A stretch of 64,000 nt of DNA, from positions 1,513,693 through 1,577,692 of the forward strand of contig OZ245758.1 in NCBI GenBank assembly GCA_965227405.1, in the 5' to 3' direction. Numbering within the stretch: the stretch's first letter is position 1; the number at the start of each line of letters is the position of its first letter. The notes beneath the pieces are model-generated. The model worked only from the letters and a program-made list of their open reading frames with translations. It was not told the DNA's origin and searched no databases. A program made the translations under genes and the position numbers. Origin of the DNA: Polyangiales bacterium. GTDB lineage: Bacteria; Myxococcota_A; Polyangia; Polyangiales; Houyiibacteriaceae. Positions 46,481 to 55,820 of this stretch are shown here, one piece after another.

Positions 46481-48895
46481 TTAGGTCGATGGAACGCAGT
46501 CGTAGACGAGATCGAAGCCGACCAGAGTGGGGGTGTCCGTCGCGCTCGAGAGAAGCTGCGCTTCGACCTGGAGGTAAATCGGGTTGGCCGGCTGTCCATT
46601 CGTCATGAGCCAGTTGCCCATGTCGAAGGTGCCGTTCTCCGGGTTGGTCGGGATCGCCCACGTCGAGGGCGTCGCTGCTGCAACTTCTGCCGGTGTGTCA
46701 CCGACGCGAATGTTGAGGTTGATCGACGTGGTCGCCGGAACGCTGGAGAAGTAGTCGAACTGTCCCCAAACCGCGCGCTCGGCAGGGTAGTTGCACGCGA
46801 TGGTTGTGTCGTAGTCGCGAATGTACGTACCGATCGTCGGTGTGATGCAGGTGTGCTGCGCGGCAAACTCACGTACACGCGGAGTGACAAGCATCGTCGG
46901 ATCCGAGTCGGCACTGATCAGCGTCAGCTCGGTCTCGAGGTAGCGCGCCAGCGGACTCAATCCCGCAGCCTGCAGAGGCGTTCGAATGTCGAGCGGAGAC
47001 GCCGACGGCGGCGCGACACCTGCGGCGGCCCACGTCGAAGCTTGCAACGCGGCCAAGGTGTCTCCAGTGCGAACACGCCAGGTCAGGAAGGTGTTCGGAG
47101 GTGTATCGGCATCCCACGTGAGCGTGTCCCACTGCGGAACACCGGTGGAGCAACCCTCGAAGATCTGGAAGTACGTTCCACGCTGTGCGGCCGCGAGACG
47201 AAGCTGCGCACCGGTCATGTCCGAGTACGTGTAGGGACTGACGATGTTTGTCGCCTCAACTGTAACGGTCCAGTTGTTGAGACCCGTAGCCGGTCCACCT
47301 GCAGGCACAAACTTCCATGCGCGGTTGTCCCAGCGTCCGATCACCCAGGCGTTGTCACGACTGTCGATCGCCACACCCCAGCCACGTGCGTTCTGACTGG
47401 CGCCATTGACGGGGAGATGGACCCAGCTCGTGGGATTGGACCCATCGATGCGAATCACGCCAAACGAACCGGTCGTCCAGACGTTGCCGAGGCCGTCTGC
47501 GGCGATTCCAGCACGCCATCCGCCGCCGATGCTCGAGGTGTTTGAGCTACGCAAACGAGAGCCTGCTGGGAACCCTTCGTCGTAGTACATGACTTCGTTG
47601 TCACCGCCCAACCAGACGCGCTGGTTGAAGTCGACGGTGACGCCGTACGGCCGCCGAGGAAGGTTGATGCGCTGCACCGGTGCGGCTGCACACGCCGCGG
47701 TATCGCCCACGCACTCTGCAGCAGCGGGACATCCAGCGGCGTTACACACCGTTGTGTCGACGCGGATCAACATACGATCGTGAATCGTGGAAATCCAAAG
47801 GTTCTGGTCACGGTCGAGAGCAAAACCGTAGGGCGTTCCGCTCACGTTGCGCGTGCGCAGGATCGCTCCGGTGGGACCGTCCAACAACGCGATGCGTCGG
47901 TTGCTGTAGCCACCGACCCAAACGTACTCCTCCACGCTTCCAGAGATGATGTCGACGATGTCCTGGGCCGCCACCGCACGGATGAAGCCGCTGGGCATGA
48001 TCGAGCGCAGGTCGCGGTACCAGAGCAAGCAGTCGTCGCTGCCGTAGGGGAGCAACTCGCCATCCCCGATGTTGCGGCTAATGATGCCGTCACCGTTGAG
48101 GTCGCTCGAGGTCGTGACCATGCCGTCGCCGTTGGTGTCCGGGCATCCACCGCGATCACCAGACGCCGAGATGCGACTCACGAAAATGCCTCGTCGACCG
48201 GCGACAAACGCGTCACCCGACGTGTTGATCGACGTACGTGAAGGGTCGTTTCCGCCGCCAAAGGGACCCGGGTAGTACCGGCCTTCTTCCTCTCCTGTGA
48301 GGATGTCGTACTTGGACACGGTTCCATCGCCCGTGTTCGCGATCCAGATGTAGTCCGGGTTGAACGCCGACGAGTCCAAGATGAGCGCGCCGTCGGTCGG
48401 ATCGATCGCTAGACCGCTCGCATCGCCCATCATCAGGTCGAAGGGGTCGCCACACGGTGGTCCAACGCACTCGTCCTCGGGCATGGTCATGTTCGGATCG
48501 GGACAGATGCCGCCCGTTGCAGGGCAGTAGCTCACGTCGGACGAGTTGCCGGGGTTGAGGTCCGCGTCGTTGGGACGGTCGCGGTTGACCTGGCATGCCG
48601 GGTTGCACGAGTTGCACTCGTCGGGGCCTTCGATGAGGTCGTGCGTGACCGCCATCGTGTATTCCTCGACGTCTTCACACGTCGTGAACATCCCACCGGC
48701 GCAGGTTCGAACGCCCTGGCGACAGATCATGTGCCCGTCGACCACTTCCGGAGTCAGGAAGCACGGAACTTCCAATCCCTCGGCATCGCATTCGCAGTAG
48801 TCGCCCGGTCCAGAGCATTCGCGCGCCTCAGGTTCTTCTCCCCACGACCAGCAACCAGCCATCAGGAAAAACGAAGTTAGAACTAGCCGACGCAT
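46481..48895 (-). CDS. Large secreted lipoprotein, paralog A (Cys-rich N-terminus, beta-propeller-like body)
   Basis: 'FFLMAGCWSW' lipobox. N-terminal 'ECSGPGDYCECDAEGLEVPCF...CNSCNPACQ' Cys module. 804 aa. About 90% identical to the adjacent gene. Confidence 0.75.
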   Translation of the reverse strand: MRRLVLTSFFLMAGCWSWGEEPEARECSGPGDYCECDAEGLEVPCFLTPEVVDGHMICRQGVRTCAGGMFTTCEDVEEYTMAVTHDLIEGPDECNSCNPACQVNRDRPNDADLNPGNSSDVSYCPATGGICPDPNMTMPEDECVGPPCGDPFDLMMGDASGLAIDPTDGALILDSSAFNPDYIWIANTGDGTVSKYDILTGEEEGRYYPGPFGGGNDPSRTSINTSGDAFVAGRRGIFVSRISASGDRGGCPDTNGDGMVTTSSDLNGDGIISRNIGDGELLPYGSDDCLLWYRDLRSIMPSGFIRAVAAQDIVDIISGSVEEYVWVGGYSNRRIALLDGPTGAILRTRNVSGTPYGFALDRDQNLWISTIHDRMLIRVDTTVCNAAGCPAAAECVGDTAACAAAPVQRINLPRRPYGVTVDFNQRVWLGGDNEVMYYDEGFPAGSRLRSSNTSSIGGGWRAGIAADGLGNVWTTGSFGVIRIDGSNPTSWVHLPVNGASQNARGWGVAIDSRDNAWVIGRWDNRAWKFVPAGGPATGLNNWTVTVEATNIVSPYTYSDMTGAQLRLAAAQRGTYFQIFEGCSTGVPQWDTLTWDADTPPNTFLTWRVRTGDTLAALQASTWAAAGVAPPSASPLDIRTPLQAAGLSPLARYLETELTLISADSDPTMLVTPRVREFAAQHTCITPTIGTYIRDYDTTIACNYPAERAVWGQFDYFSSVPATTSINLNIRVGDTPAEVAAATPSTWAIPTNPENGTFDMGNWLMTNGQPANPIYLQVEAQLLSSATDTPTLVGFDLVYDCVPST

Positions 48896-48919
48896 GAGAT
48901 CTCCGGCGCGGCCGAGCGA

Positions 48920-51331
48920 TTACTCGCTGGGCACGCAGTCGTAAACCAAGTCGAAACCGACCAGCGTCGGCGTTGCAGTAGCGCTCGAGAGCATCTGTGC
49001 TTCGACCTGAAGATGGATGGGGTTGGCTGGCTGTCCGTTCATCATGAGCCAGTTGCCCATATCGAATGAGCCATTCTCCGGGTTCGGAGGAATGGAGTAC
49101 GTGGACGGAGTGGCCGCGGCTACTTCCGCTGGCGTATCGCCTACACGAATATTGAGGTTGATCGTCGTCGTTGCCGGAACGGTCGAGAAATAGTCGAACT
49201 GTCCCCAGACGGCGCGCTCACCCGGATACGTACAGGCAATCGTGGTGTCGTAGTCACGAATGTACGTCCCGATCGTCGGTGTGATGCAGGTGTGCTGCGC
49301 GGCAAACTCACGTACACGCGGCGTGACGAGCATCGTCGGATCCGAGTCGGCACTGATCAGCGTCAACTCGGTTTCGAGATAACGCGCCAGCGGACTCAAG
49401 CCAGCAGCTTGAAGTGGCGTGCGGATATCCAAAGGCGACGTCTCAGGCGGAACGACACCCGCTGCAGCCCACGTCGACGCAGCCAACGCCGCAAGCGTGT
49501 CTCCGGTGCGAACACGCCACGTCAGGAAGGTGTTCGGAGGTGTATCGGCATCCCACGTGAGCGTGTCCCACTGTGGAACACCGGTGGAGCAGCCCTCGAA
49601 GATCTGGAAGTACGTTCCACGCTGTGCAGCAGCCAAACGAAGCTGCGCACCGGTCATGTCCGAGTACGTGTATGGAGCCACGATGTTGGTGGCTTCGACC
49701 GTGACGGACCAGTTGTTCAAACCGGTTGCCGGTCCACCTGCGGGGACGAACTTGTGGGCACGGTTGTCCCAACGGTTGATCACCCACGCATTGTCACGAC
49801 TGTCGATCGCGACACCCCAACCACGTGCGTACGTGCTGGCCGCGGTACGAGGAATGTGGACCCAGCTGGTCGGGTTCGAACCGTTGATTCGAAGCACACC
49901 AAAACCACCGGTCGTCCAGACGTTGCCTAGACCGTCGGCGGCGATTCCAGCGCGCCATCCACCACCGATGCTCGATGTGTTCGAAGACCGAACGCGTGTA
50001 CCCGCGGGAAACGACTCGTCGTAGTACGTGACTTCGCCTTCGCCACCGAACCAAACACGCTGGTTGAAGTCGACGGTGACGCCGTACGTTCGTCGCGGTA
50101 CCGAGATTCGCTGTACAGGTGCTGCAGCACATGCCGCGGAGTCGCCCACACATTCTGCGGCGGCCGGACAGCCAGCCGCGTTACACAACGTCGTATCCAC
50201 GCGATACACGTTCGTGCTGATGGTGGAGATCCAAAGGTTCTGGTCGCGGTCGAGAGCGAAACCGTAGGGTCCACCGCTGATGGTTCTCGAGCGTAGGATG
50301 GCGCCGGTCGGACCGTCCAAGAGAGCGATACGCCGGTTGCTGTAGCCACCGACCCAGACGTACTCCTCCACGCTGCCAGAGATGATGTCGACGATGTCCT
50401 GCGCTGCGACAGCGCGGATGTAGCCACTGGGCATGATCGAGCGCAGGTCGCGGTACCAGAGCAAGCAGTCATCTGCCCCATACGGCAGGAGTTCCCCGTC
50501 GCTCAGGTTGCGACTGATGATGCCATCTCCGTTGAGGTCGCTGGAGGTGGTGACCACGCCATCGCCGTTGGTATCGGGGCAGCCACCGCGATCACCAGAC
50601 GCTGAGATGCGGCTCACGAAGATGCCTCGTCGACCGGCGACAAACGCGTCACCCGACGTGTTGATCGACGTACGCGAAGGGTCGTTTCCAGTACCAAAGG
50701 GACCCGGGTAGTACCGGCCTTCTTCCTCGCCCGTGAGGATGTCGTACTTCGAAATCGTTCCGTCGCCGGTGTTCGCGATCCAGATGTAGTCCGGGTTGAA
50801 CGCTGACGAGTCCAAGATGAGCGCGCCGTCGGTCGGATCGATCGCCAAGCCGCTCGCATCACCCATCATCAAATCGAAGGGATCGCCACACGGCGGTCCA
50901 ACACACTCATCCTCGGGCATGGTCATGTTCGGATCGGGACAGATGCCGCCCGTTGCAGGGCAGTAGCTCACGTCCGACGAGTTGCCGGGGTTGAGGTCCG
51001 CGTCGTTCGGCCGGTCGCGGTTGACCTGACACGCGGGGTTACACGAGTTGCACTCGTCGGGGCCTTCGATGAGGTCGTGCGTGACCGCCATCGTGTACTC
51101 CTCGACGTCTTCGCACGTTGTGAATTTTCCACCTGCACACGTACGCACGCCCTGGCGACAGATCATGTGTCCGTCGACCACTTCCGGAGTCAGGAAGCAC
51201 GGAACTTCCAGTCCCTCAGCGTCACATTCGCAGTAGTCGCCGGGTCCCGAACACTCTCGCGCCTCGGGTTCGTCCCCCCACGAAAAGCATCCGCTACCCA
51301 GAACAACAGAGGTGAGAACCAACCAACGCAT
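48920..51331 (-). CDS. Large secreted lipoprotein, paralog B (tandem duplicate of 46481-48895)
   Basis: Start 'MRWLVLTSVVLGSGCFSWG' (ATG after GGAG). Same architecture as paralog A. Confidence 0.75.
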   Translation of the reverse strand: MRWLVLTSVVLGSGCFSWGDEPEARECSGPGDYCECDAEGLEVPCFLTPEVVDGHMICRQGVRTCAGGKFTTCEDVEEYTMAVTHDLIEGPDECNSCNPACQVNRDRPNDADLNPGNSSDVSYCPATGGICPDPNMTMPEDECVGPPCGDPFDLMMGDASGLAIDPTDGALILDSSAFNPDYIWIANTGDGTISKYDILTGEEEGRYYPGPFGTGNDPSRTSINTSGDAFVAGRRGIFVSRISASGDRGGCPDTNGDGVVTTSSDLNGDGIISRNLSDGELLPYGADDCLLWYRDLRSIMPSGYIRAVAAQDIVDIISGSVEEYVWVGGYSNRRIALLDGPTGAILRSRTISGGPYGFALDRDQNLWISTISTNVYRVDTTLCNAAGCPAAAECVGDSAACAAAPVQRISVPRRTYGVTVDFNQRVWFGGEGEVTYYDESFPAGTRVRSSNTSSIGGGWRAGIAADGLGNVWTTGGFGVLRINGSNPTSWVHIPRTAASTYARGWGVAIDSRDNAWVINRWDNRAHKFVPAGGPATGLNNWSVTVEATNIVAPYTYSDMTGAQLRLAAAQRGTYFQIFEGCSTGVPQWDTLTWDADTPPNTFLTWRVRTGDTLAALAASTWAAAGVVPPETSPLDIRTPLQAAGLSPLARYLETELTLISADSDPTMLVTPRVREFAAQHTCITPTIGTYIRDYDTTIACTYPGERAVWGQFDYFSTVPATTTINLNIRVGDTPAEVAAATPSTYSIPPNPENGSFDMGNWLMMNGQPANPIHLQVEAQMLSSATATPTLVGFDLVYDCVPSE

Positions 51332-51333
51332 CT

Positions 51334-52320
51334 TTATTCTCCACCAATGCACGCCAGCGTGTCGTGCAATCCACCCGGTGCACAGATCTGCCCTTCGGGA
51401 CAGTCCGTATTCGACGAGCACGAGCCAGGACGAACACACAAGGGCGGGCCCTCACCGTTCGTGATGTCCAAGCACTCTCGTCCTTCACCACACTCGACGC
51501 CTCCACCACAAGGACCATCGAGTGAGCACTCCGCGACTGAGCTTCCCGCGAACACCGTGCACAGAAGCGGGTCTGTGCAATCGCCATGAGAGCTACAGGC
51601 ACCGGGAGGAATGCATTCGTTCATTCCGTCGCCGTCGATATCGCCACAGCTGTATCCAAGCTCGCACTGAGACGCGGACGTACAGCGGTTGTTCGCAAGC
51701 GTGCAGAACATCGACGCCCCGCCCGGCTCAAACGAGCACACGTATCCGCGTGGGCAGTTGTCGAACACCGATCCACACGGGATGCGACGATTGACACACG
51801 TGCCGCTCTCGCAGACGGAACCCGCGGGACAACTCGCCGACGTCGTGCAGTCCCCCGTGGAGGCCGTACACACGCCGCGCTCGAGTCCGTCGGGGATCAC
51901 GCAGGTATTGCCACCGCATTCCTCGTCGCTTGCACAGGGACGACCCGGAACGCACGCCGAGCCACCACAGAGGTCGGGCGCACACACGGAACCTGCAGGG
52001 CAGGGATCGTCGCAGGTACGCGGTGTGATCGAGTCGCAAGGCGGCTCGGGAGGACGACTATCGACAGGCGGGGGAATTGTATCGACGGGACCGGTGTCGA
52101 CGATGGTCGTCGCATCTCCCGGCAGGTCGGTGTCGAAGGCGGTGTCGATCACAGCGTCGATCGCGGCATCGACACCGCCTTCGTCATCCATTCCCCCATC
52201 TCTCAACCCAGTGTCAAAAATCGGCGGCGGTGCCGAATCGTCCGAACAACAAATGGTAAGTGCCGACAGCGCGCTCAAGAGCACGACCATCGTCAACCAA
52301 GACGCCGTGCGGCGGTTCAT
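51334..52320 (-). CDS. Secreted Cys-rich lipoprotein (hypothetical)
   Basis: 'LSALSALTICCSDD'. Repeated 'CxxGxxCxxGxC' modules. ATGA overlap with the upstream gene. Confidence 0.6.
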   Translation of the reverse strand: MNRRTASWLTMVVLLSALSALTICCSDDSAPPPIFDTGLRDGGMDDEGGVDAAIDAVIDTAFDTDLPGDATTIVDTGPVDTIPPPVDSRPPEPPCDSITPRTCDDPCPAGSVCAPDLCGGSACVPGRPCASDEECGGNTCVIPDGLERGVCTASTGDCTTSASCPAGSVCESGTCVNRRIPCGSVFDNCPRGYVCSFEPGGASMFCTLANNRCTSASQCELGYSCGDIDGDGMNECIPPGACSSHGDCTDPLLCTVFAGSSVAECSLDGPCGGGVECGEGRECLDITNGEGPPLCVRPGSCSSNTDCPEGQICAPGGLHDTLACIGGE

Positions 52321-53594
52321 TCCTCCTCCATCGGAGCGCAACGAAGCCATGCACCCGGGCAGTTGACCCGGCGTCCTCGAATGTCGGCTCCCGCTCCGCT
52401 TGTCTCAGCCCACACGGCACCGATCAAACCGTCTTCTCGCACGGCGAGTCCGGGAATCCCGTCGTCAAACCCAGCCGTGCCGAGTTCGACAACCTCCACC
52501 ACGTCACCATCCGAACCATGGACGAAGGCCAACTGAATGGTCGTCACGAGATCAAGGCGCTGGTGGTAAATCACCGCAAAGCCACCCATGTAGTACACGA
52601 CGTTCGCGACCTGACCTTGCGCAGGTGCCAACGAAACGATCTGCTCGGCGCGCTTCGGAGTGCCGTCGTTGTTGAGAAGTCGCGACCGAATCTCCGGGCG
52701 ACCACCCAACGAGACGTCGAAGATCACCACGCCGCCGAGCTCGCCAAACGCCAGCTTCACCGGACCGACAGCGTTGTTTTCGGTCGACAATACAAAGGAT
52801 TCGCCGACTTCTGCAGCACCGGCATCCAGCACCTGCATGTTGACGTCACCACCCTGCACCCACGCCGCCATCATCTGACCGTCGGACTCGTGCAACGCCA
52901 AGTCGGTCGGCGCGGAGAGACCCGAGGCAATCGTCGTCACGTTGCCGAACGTCGTGCCGTTGTACGTGCGCACGTTGAGGTCCCAAGTCGCGCCGTCCTG
53001 CTCGGAGTAACCGATCACCCAGTTGTCACCGAGAGCCGCAACAGACGGTCGCTGCGCGTTGCCGTCGTCGGACGTTACGCTGAACTCGTCACCGCTTCCG
53101 ACCTGTCGCCCGCGCACCACAAACTCAAGACGTGCTGCGAGGTCGTCTTCCCAAAGCGCAATGCCGTCACGCAGGATCAGGTTTCGTTTGGAGCCCAGAT
53201 CATCGGTGAGTTGCGAAGTGGACAGAACCGACTCGCCATCGGTCCCGATGATGCCCGTGTACACGTCTTCGGCATCGCCCATCTGTTGGCGCCAACCGAC
53301 CAAGTACCCCATGGGGTCGACCTGAACCGAGACCGGTCGCGGAGTGCCGATGAAATCCATCGCAACGGTGACGTCGGTGACCGTGCACTCGGTGGGAACC
53401 TCCGAGTCGGTGCCGGGAGCGTCCACACCAGGAACATCCACGCCGTTGGTGTCGGGCTGCCCGACATCGGGTCGCATCGCATCCCGCAAACCAGAGTCGA
53501 TGCTCGGCGTGGAGTCATCGCCACAAGCGACTCCGAGTAATGCACTCAAACAGAGGAGAAGGGACGCGCGTACCGGGTAATCCATAGAATTCAT
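52317..53594 (-). CDS. Lipoprotein, hypothetical (first gene of the minus-strand secreted-protein operon)
   Basis: 'LLGVACGDDS' lipobox. No recognised domain. Confidence 0.55.
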   Translation of the reverse strand: MNSMDYPVRASLLLCLSALLGVACGDDSTPSIDSGLRDAMRPDVGQPDTNGVDVPGVDAPGTDSEVPTECTVTDVTVAMDFIGTPRPVSVQVDPMGYLVGWRQQMGDAEDVYTGIIGTDGESVLSTSQLTDDLGSKRNLILRDGIALWEDDLAARLEFVVRGRQVGSGDEFSVTSDDGNAQRPSVAALGDNWVIGYSEQDGATWDLNVRTYNGTTFGNVTTIASGLSAPTDLALHESDGQMMAAWVQGGDVNMQVLDAGAAEVGESFVLSTENNAVGPVKLAFGELGGVVIFDVSLGGRPEIRSRLLNNDGTPKRAEQIVSLAPAQGQVANVVYYMGGFAVIYHQRLDLVTTIQLAFVHGSDGDVVEVVELGTAGFDDGIPGLAVREDGLIGAVWAETSGAGADIRGRRVNCPGAWLRCAPMEEE

Positions 53595-53753
53595 TGTAGG
53601 TGCCGCCGATCGTGTTGGTCCACGTCGTGACAGAACCTCGGTGCAGGAATAGCAATCGATGTGCCCGGCTGGATTTGCCCGAAATTACGACGAAAAACGC
53701 TATTCGAGATGGGTCATTGTTGCGAGAGCATGAAAAGATTGCATAGAGACTGA

Positions 53754-55157
53754 ATGGCGATCGATTCGGCGCTGCTGCAGATGGACGGTGCGATCCCGAG
53801 TGGATCCATCGTTCGTGACGCGGAGGTACGCCGGTCGTATTCGAGTGACGAGTCGGAAGCTGCGCCTGTTGTTCCGGAAGCTGTCATCCGCGTGAGCTCC
53901 ACCGAACAGGTCTCGGCCGTACTCGCTGCGTGCCACGCACATCGTGTCCCGATCACCCCGCGTGCTGGCGGAAGTGGACGCGTCGGCGGTGCGATTCCAG
54001 TTCCAGGCGGACTTGTTCTTTCGGTCGAAGGTCTCGATCAGATCCACAGCATCGAGCGCGACGACTTGCGCACCACCGTGGGTGCAGGGGTCGGACTGCA
54101 TCGAATCCACGAAGCAGTGGAATCCGAGGGGTTGTTCTATCCGCCCGATCCCAACTCCGTGGGGAGTTGTTTGATCGGCGGCAACATCGCAGCGAACGCC
54201 GGTGGACCACGCGCGTTCAAATATGGCGTGACCCGAAATTGGGTTCTCGGTCTCGAAGCGGTGACCGCAGACGGAACCGTCATCCAAGTCGGCCGACCCA
54301 CAGCCAAGGGCGTGACTGGCTACGACCTCGCTTCCCTCTTGGTCGGCAGCGAAGGAACTTTGGCGGTCGTGACGCGAGCAACACTTCGTTTGATCCCGCG
54401 CCCGGAAGCGATCGGAACACTGCTGGTGTTCCTTCCCAATCAAACCACGCTTGCCGCTGCAGTCACCGAAGCGTTGCGACGCAAAGTGATGCCGCGGTGT
54501 TTGGAATTTCTCGACGCGTTGGCGCTCGACATTTTGCGACCGCAAGCCGGACTTGCGGTGCCTTCACAGGCCGGCGCGATGTTGCTGGTCGAAGTGGACG
54601 GCAGCACCGACGAGATCGAACAACGCATCGAAGACTGTGGCTCCTCCATGCTCGACGCAGGAGCGATCGAAGTCTTGGTCGCCAAAAACCACAGCGAACG
54701 CGAGCGGTTGTGGGCGGCGCGCCGCGAGATGAGCTACGCGATGCGCCGACAAGCCAACCACAAGCTTGCCGAGGACGTTGTGGTCGCTCGAACTCGCGTC
54801 GGCGAGCTTCTGGACCGCTGCCGGAAGCTCTCGGACACACACGGCGTGCGGATGCCAAGCTACGGGCACGCGGGTGACGGGAACCTCCACGTGAACTTTT
54901 TGTGGGACGACCCGGACCAACGACATCGGGTGGATGCTGCGATCCGAGGCCTCTTTGAAGACGTCGTGGACATGGGCGGGACGCTCAGCGGCGAGCACGG
55001 AATTGGAATTCTCAAAGCGCCCTACCTTCCGATCGAACAGAGCCCGGCGTTGATCGCGCTCCAAGAGCGCATCAAAGACGCTTTCGACCCGCGCGGAATT
55101 CTCAATCCAGGCAAGATTTTCCCAGCGGGTGCGAAGCGTTTCCACGGCGCTTGCTGA
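53754..55157 (+). CDS. FAD-linked oxidase (GlcD / D-lactate dehydrogenase family)
   Basis: 'VPITPRAGGSGRVGGAIP' FAD-binding PCMH motif. C-terminal 'GTLSGEHGIGILKAPY'. Confidence 0.85.
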   Translation: MAIDSALLQMDGAIPSGSIVRDAEVRRSYSSDESEAAPVVPEAVIRVSSTEQVSAVLAACHAHRVPITPRAGGSGRVGGAIPVPGGLVLSVEGLDQIHSIERDDLRTTVGAGVGLHRIHEAVESEGLFYPPDPNSVGSCLIGGNIAANAGGPRAFKYGVTRNWVLGLEAVTADGTVIQVGRPTAKGVTGYDLASLLVGSEGTLAVVTRATLRLIPRPEAIGTLLVFLPNQTTLAAAVTEALRRKVMPRCLEFLDALALDILRPQAGLAVPSQAGAMLLVEVDGSTDEIEQRIEDCGSSMLDAGAIEVLVAKNHSERERLWAARREMSYAMRRQANHKLAEDVVVARTRVGELLDRCRKLSDTHGVRMPSYGHAGDGNLHVNFLWDDPDQRHRVDAAIRGLFEDVVDMGGTLSGEHGIGILKAPYLPIEQSPALIALQERIKDAFDPRGILNPGKIFPAGAKRFHGAC

Positions 55158-55196
55158 GAGCACGGAACTTCGCGGTCCGCTTGTGGTCGGACGACC

Positions 55197-55820
55197 ATGC
55201 TGAGAGGGCTGGTTGTGCTGGCCGGTGTCCTGATCTGGATGCCGAGCCCAACGGAGGCGTGTATCCGCGGGATGGATGACGCGTACTATGACGAATCCCG
55301 TGACGTGAGTCGTGCACGCCGCTTGTTCTCGCAAGGGCACCTCCGTCGCAGCTTTCGGGTGGCAGGACGCGCGTGGAATCGTGTTCGCGGACGACGCGCC
55401 GAAGATCCTGCGCGTCACGATCGACTCAAACGACGCGCCATGTTGATTCTCGCGAGCGTGACCATTCGACTCGACGGAAACGTCGACCGAAGGCGCTGGC
55501 GCGCACGTGACGGCAGCAAAGCACAGCGGTTTGAAAACGTGCAGTGGGCGATCGAACAACTCGAATCGGTGGGTGACCGCGATGATCCGGAAATCGCGGC
55601 GCGAATCGGTGAGGCGTACCAACACCTGGCCAATCGACAGCAGGAAGCGATCGCCTTGCTTGAGCCTCTCGCCGAAGCGGACCTCATGCCCGATGTGTAT
55701 GGGTACGCGGCGCTTGCGCGCGCGTATGCCGCAGTGGACAACGAAGAAGGTCAGGGTTTGGCGTCCGCGACCTGCCGGCAGCGCGCAAGTCGCGCACAGC
55801 GCACGATCTGCCCGGCTTGA
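55197..55820 (+). CDS. Hypothetical secreted protein
   Basis: Signal peptide 'LVVLAGVLIWMPSPTEA'. 4-nt overlap with the downstream cytochrome gene. Confidence 0.45.
   Translation: MLRGLVVLAGVLIWMPSPTEACIRGMDDAYYDESRDVSRARRLFSQGHLRRSFRVAGRAWNRVRGRRAEDPARHDRLKRRAMLILASVTIRLDGNVDRRRWRARDGSKAQRFENVQWAIEQLESVGDRDDPEIAARIGEAYQHLANRQQEAIALLEPLAEADLMPDVYGYAALARAYAAVDNEEGQGLASATCRQRASRAQRTICPA

Noticed and set aside
48920-51439. 839-aa form of paralog B beginning 'MCSSWLVLVEY...'
   Set aside because: An internal ATG at 51331 ('MRWLVLTSVVLGSGC') aligns exactly with paralog A's signal peptide and has a GGAG Shine-Dalgarno. The extra 36 residues have no counterpart and overlap the upstream gene.
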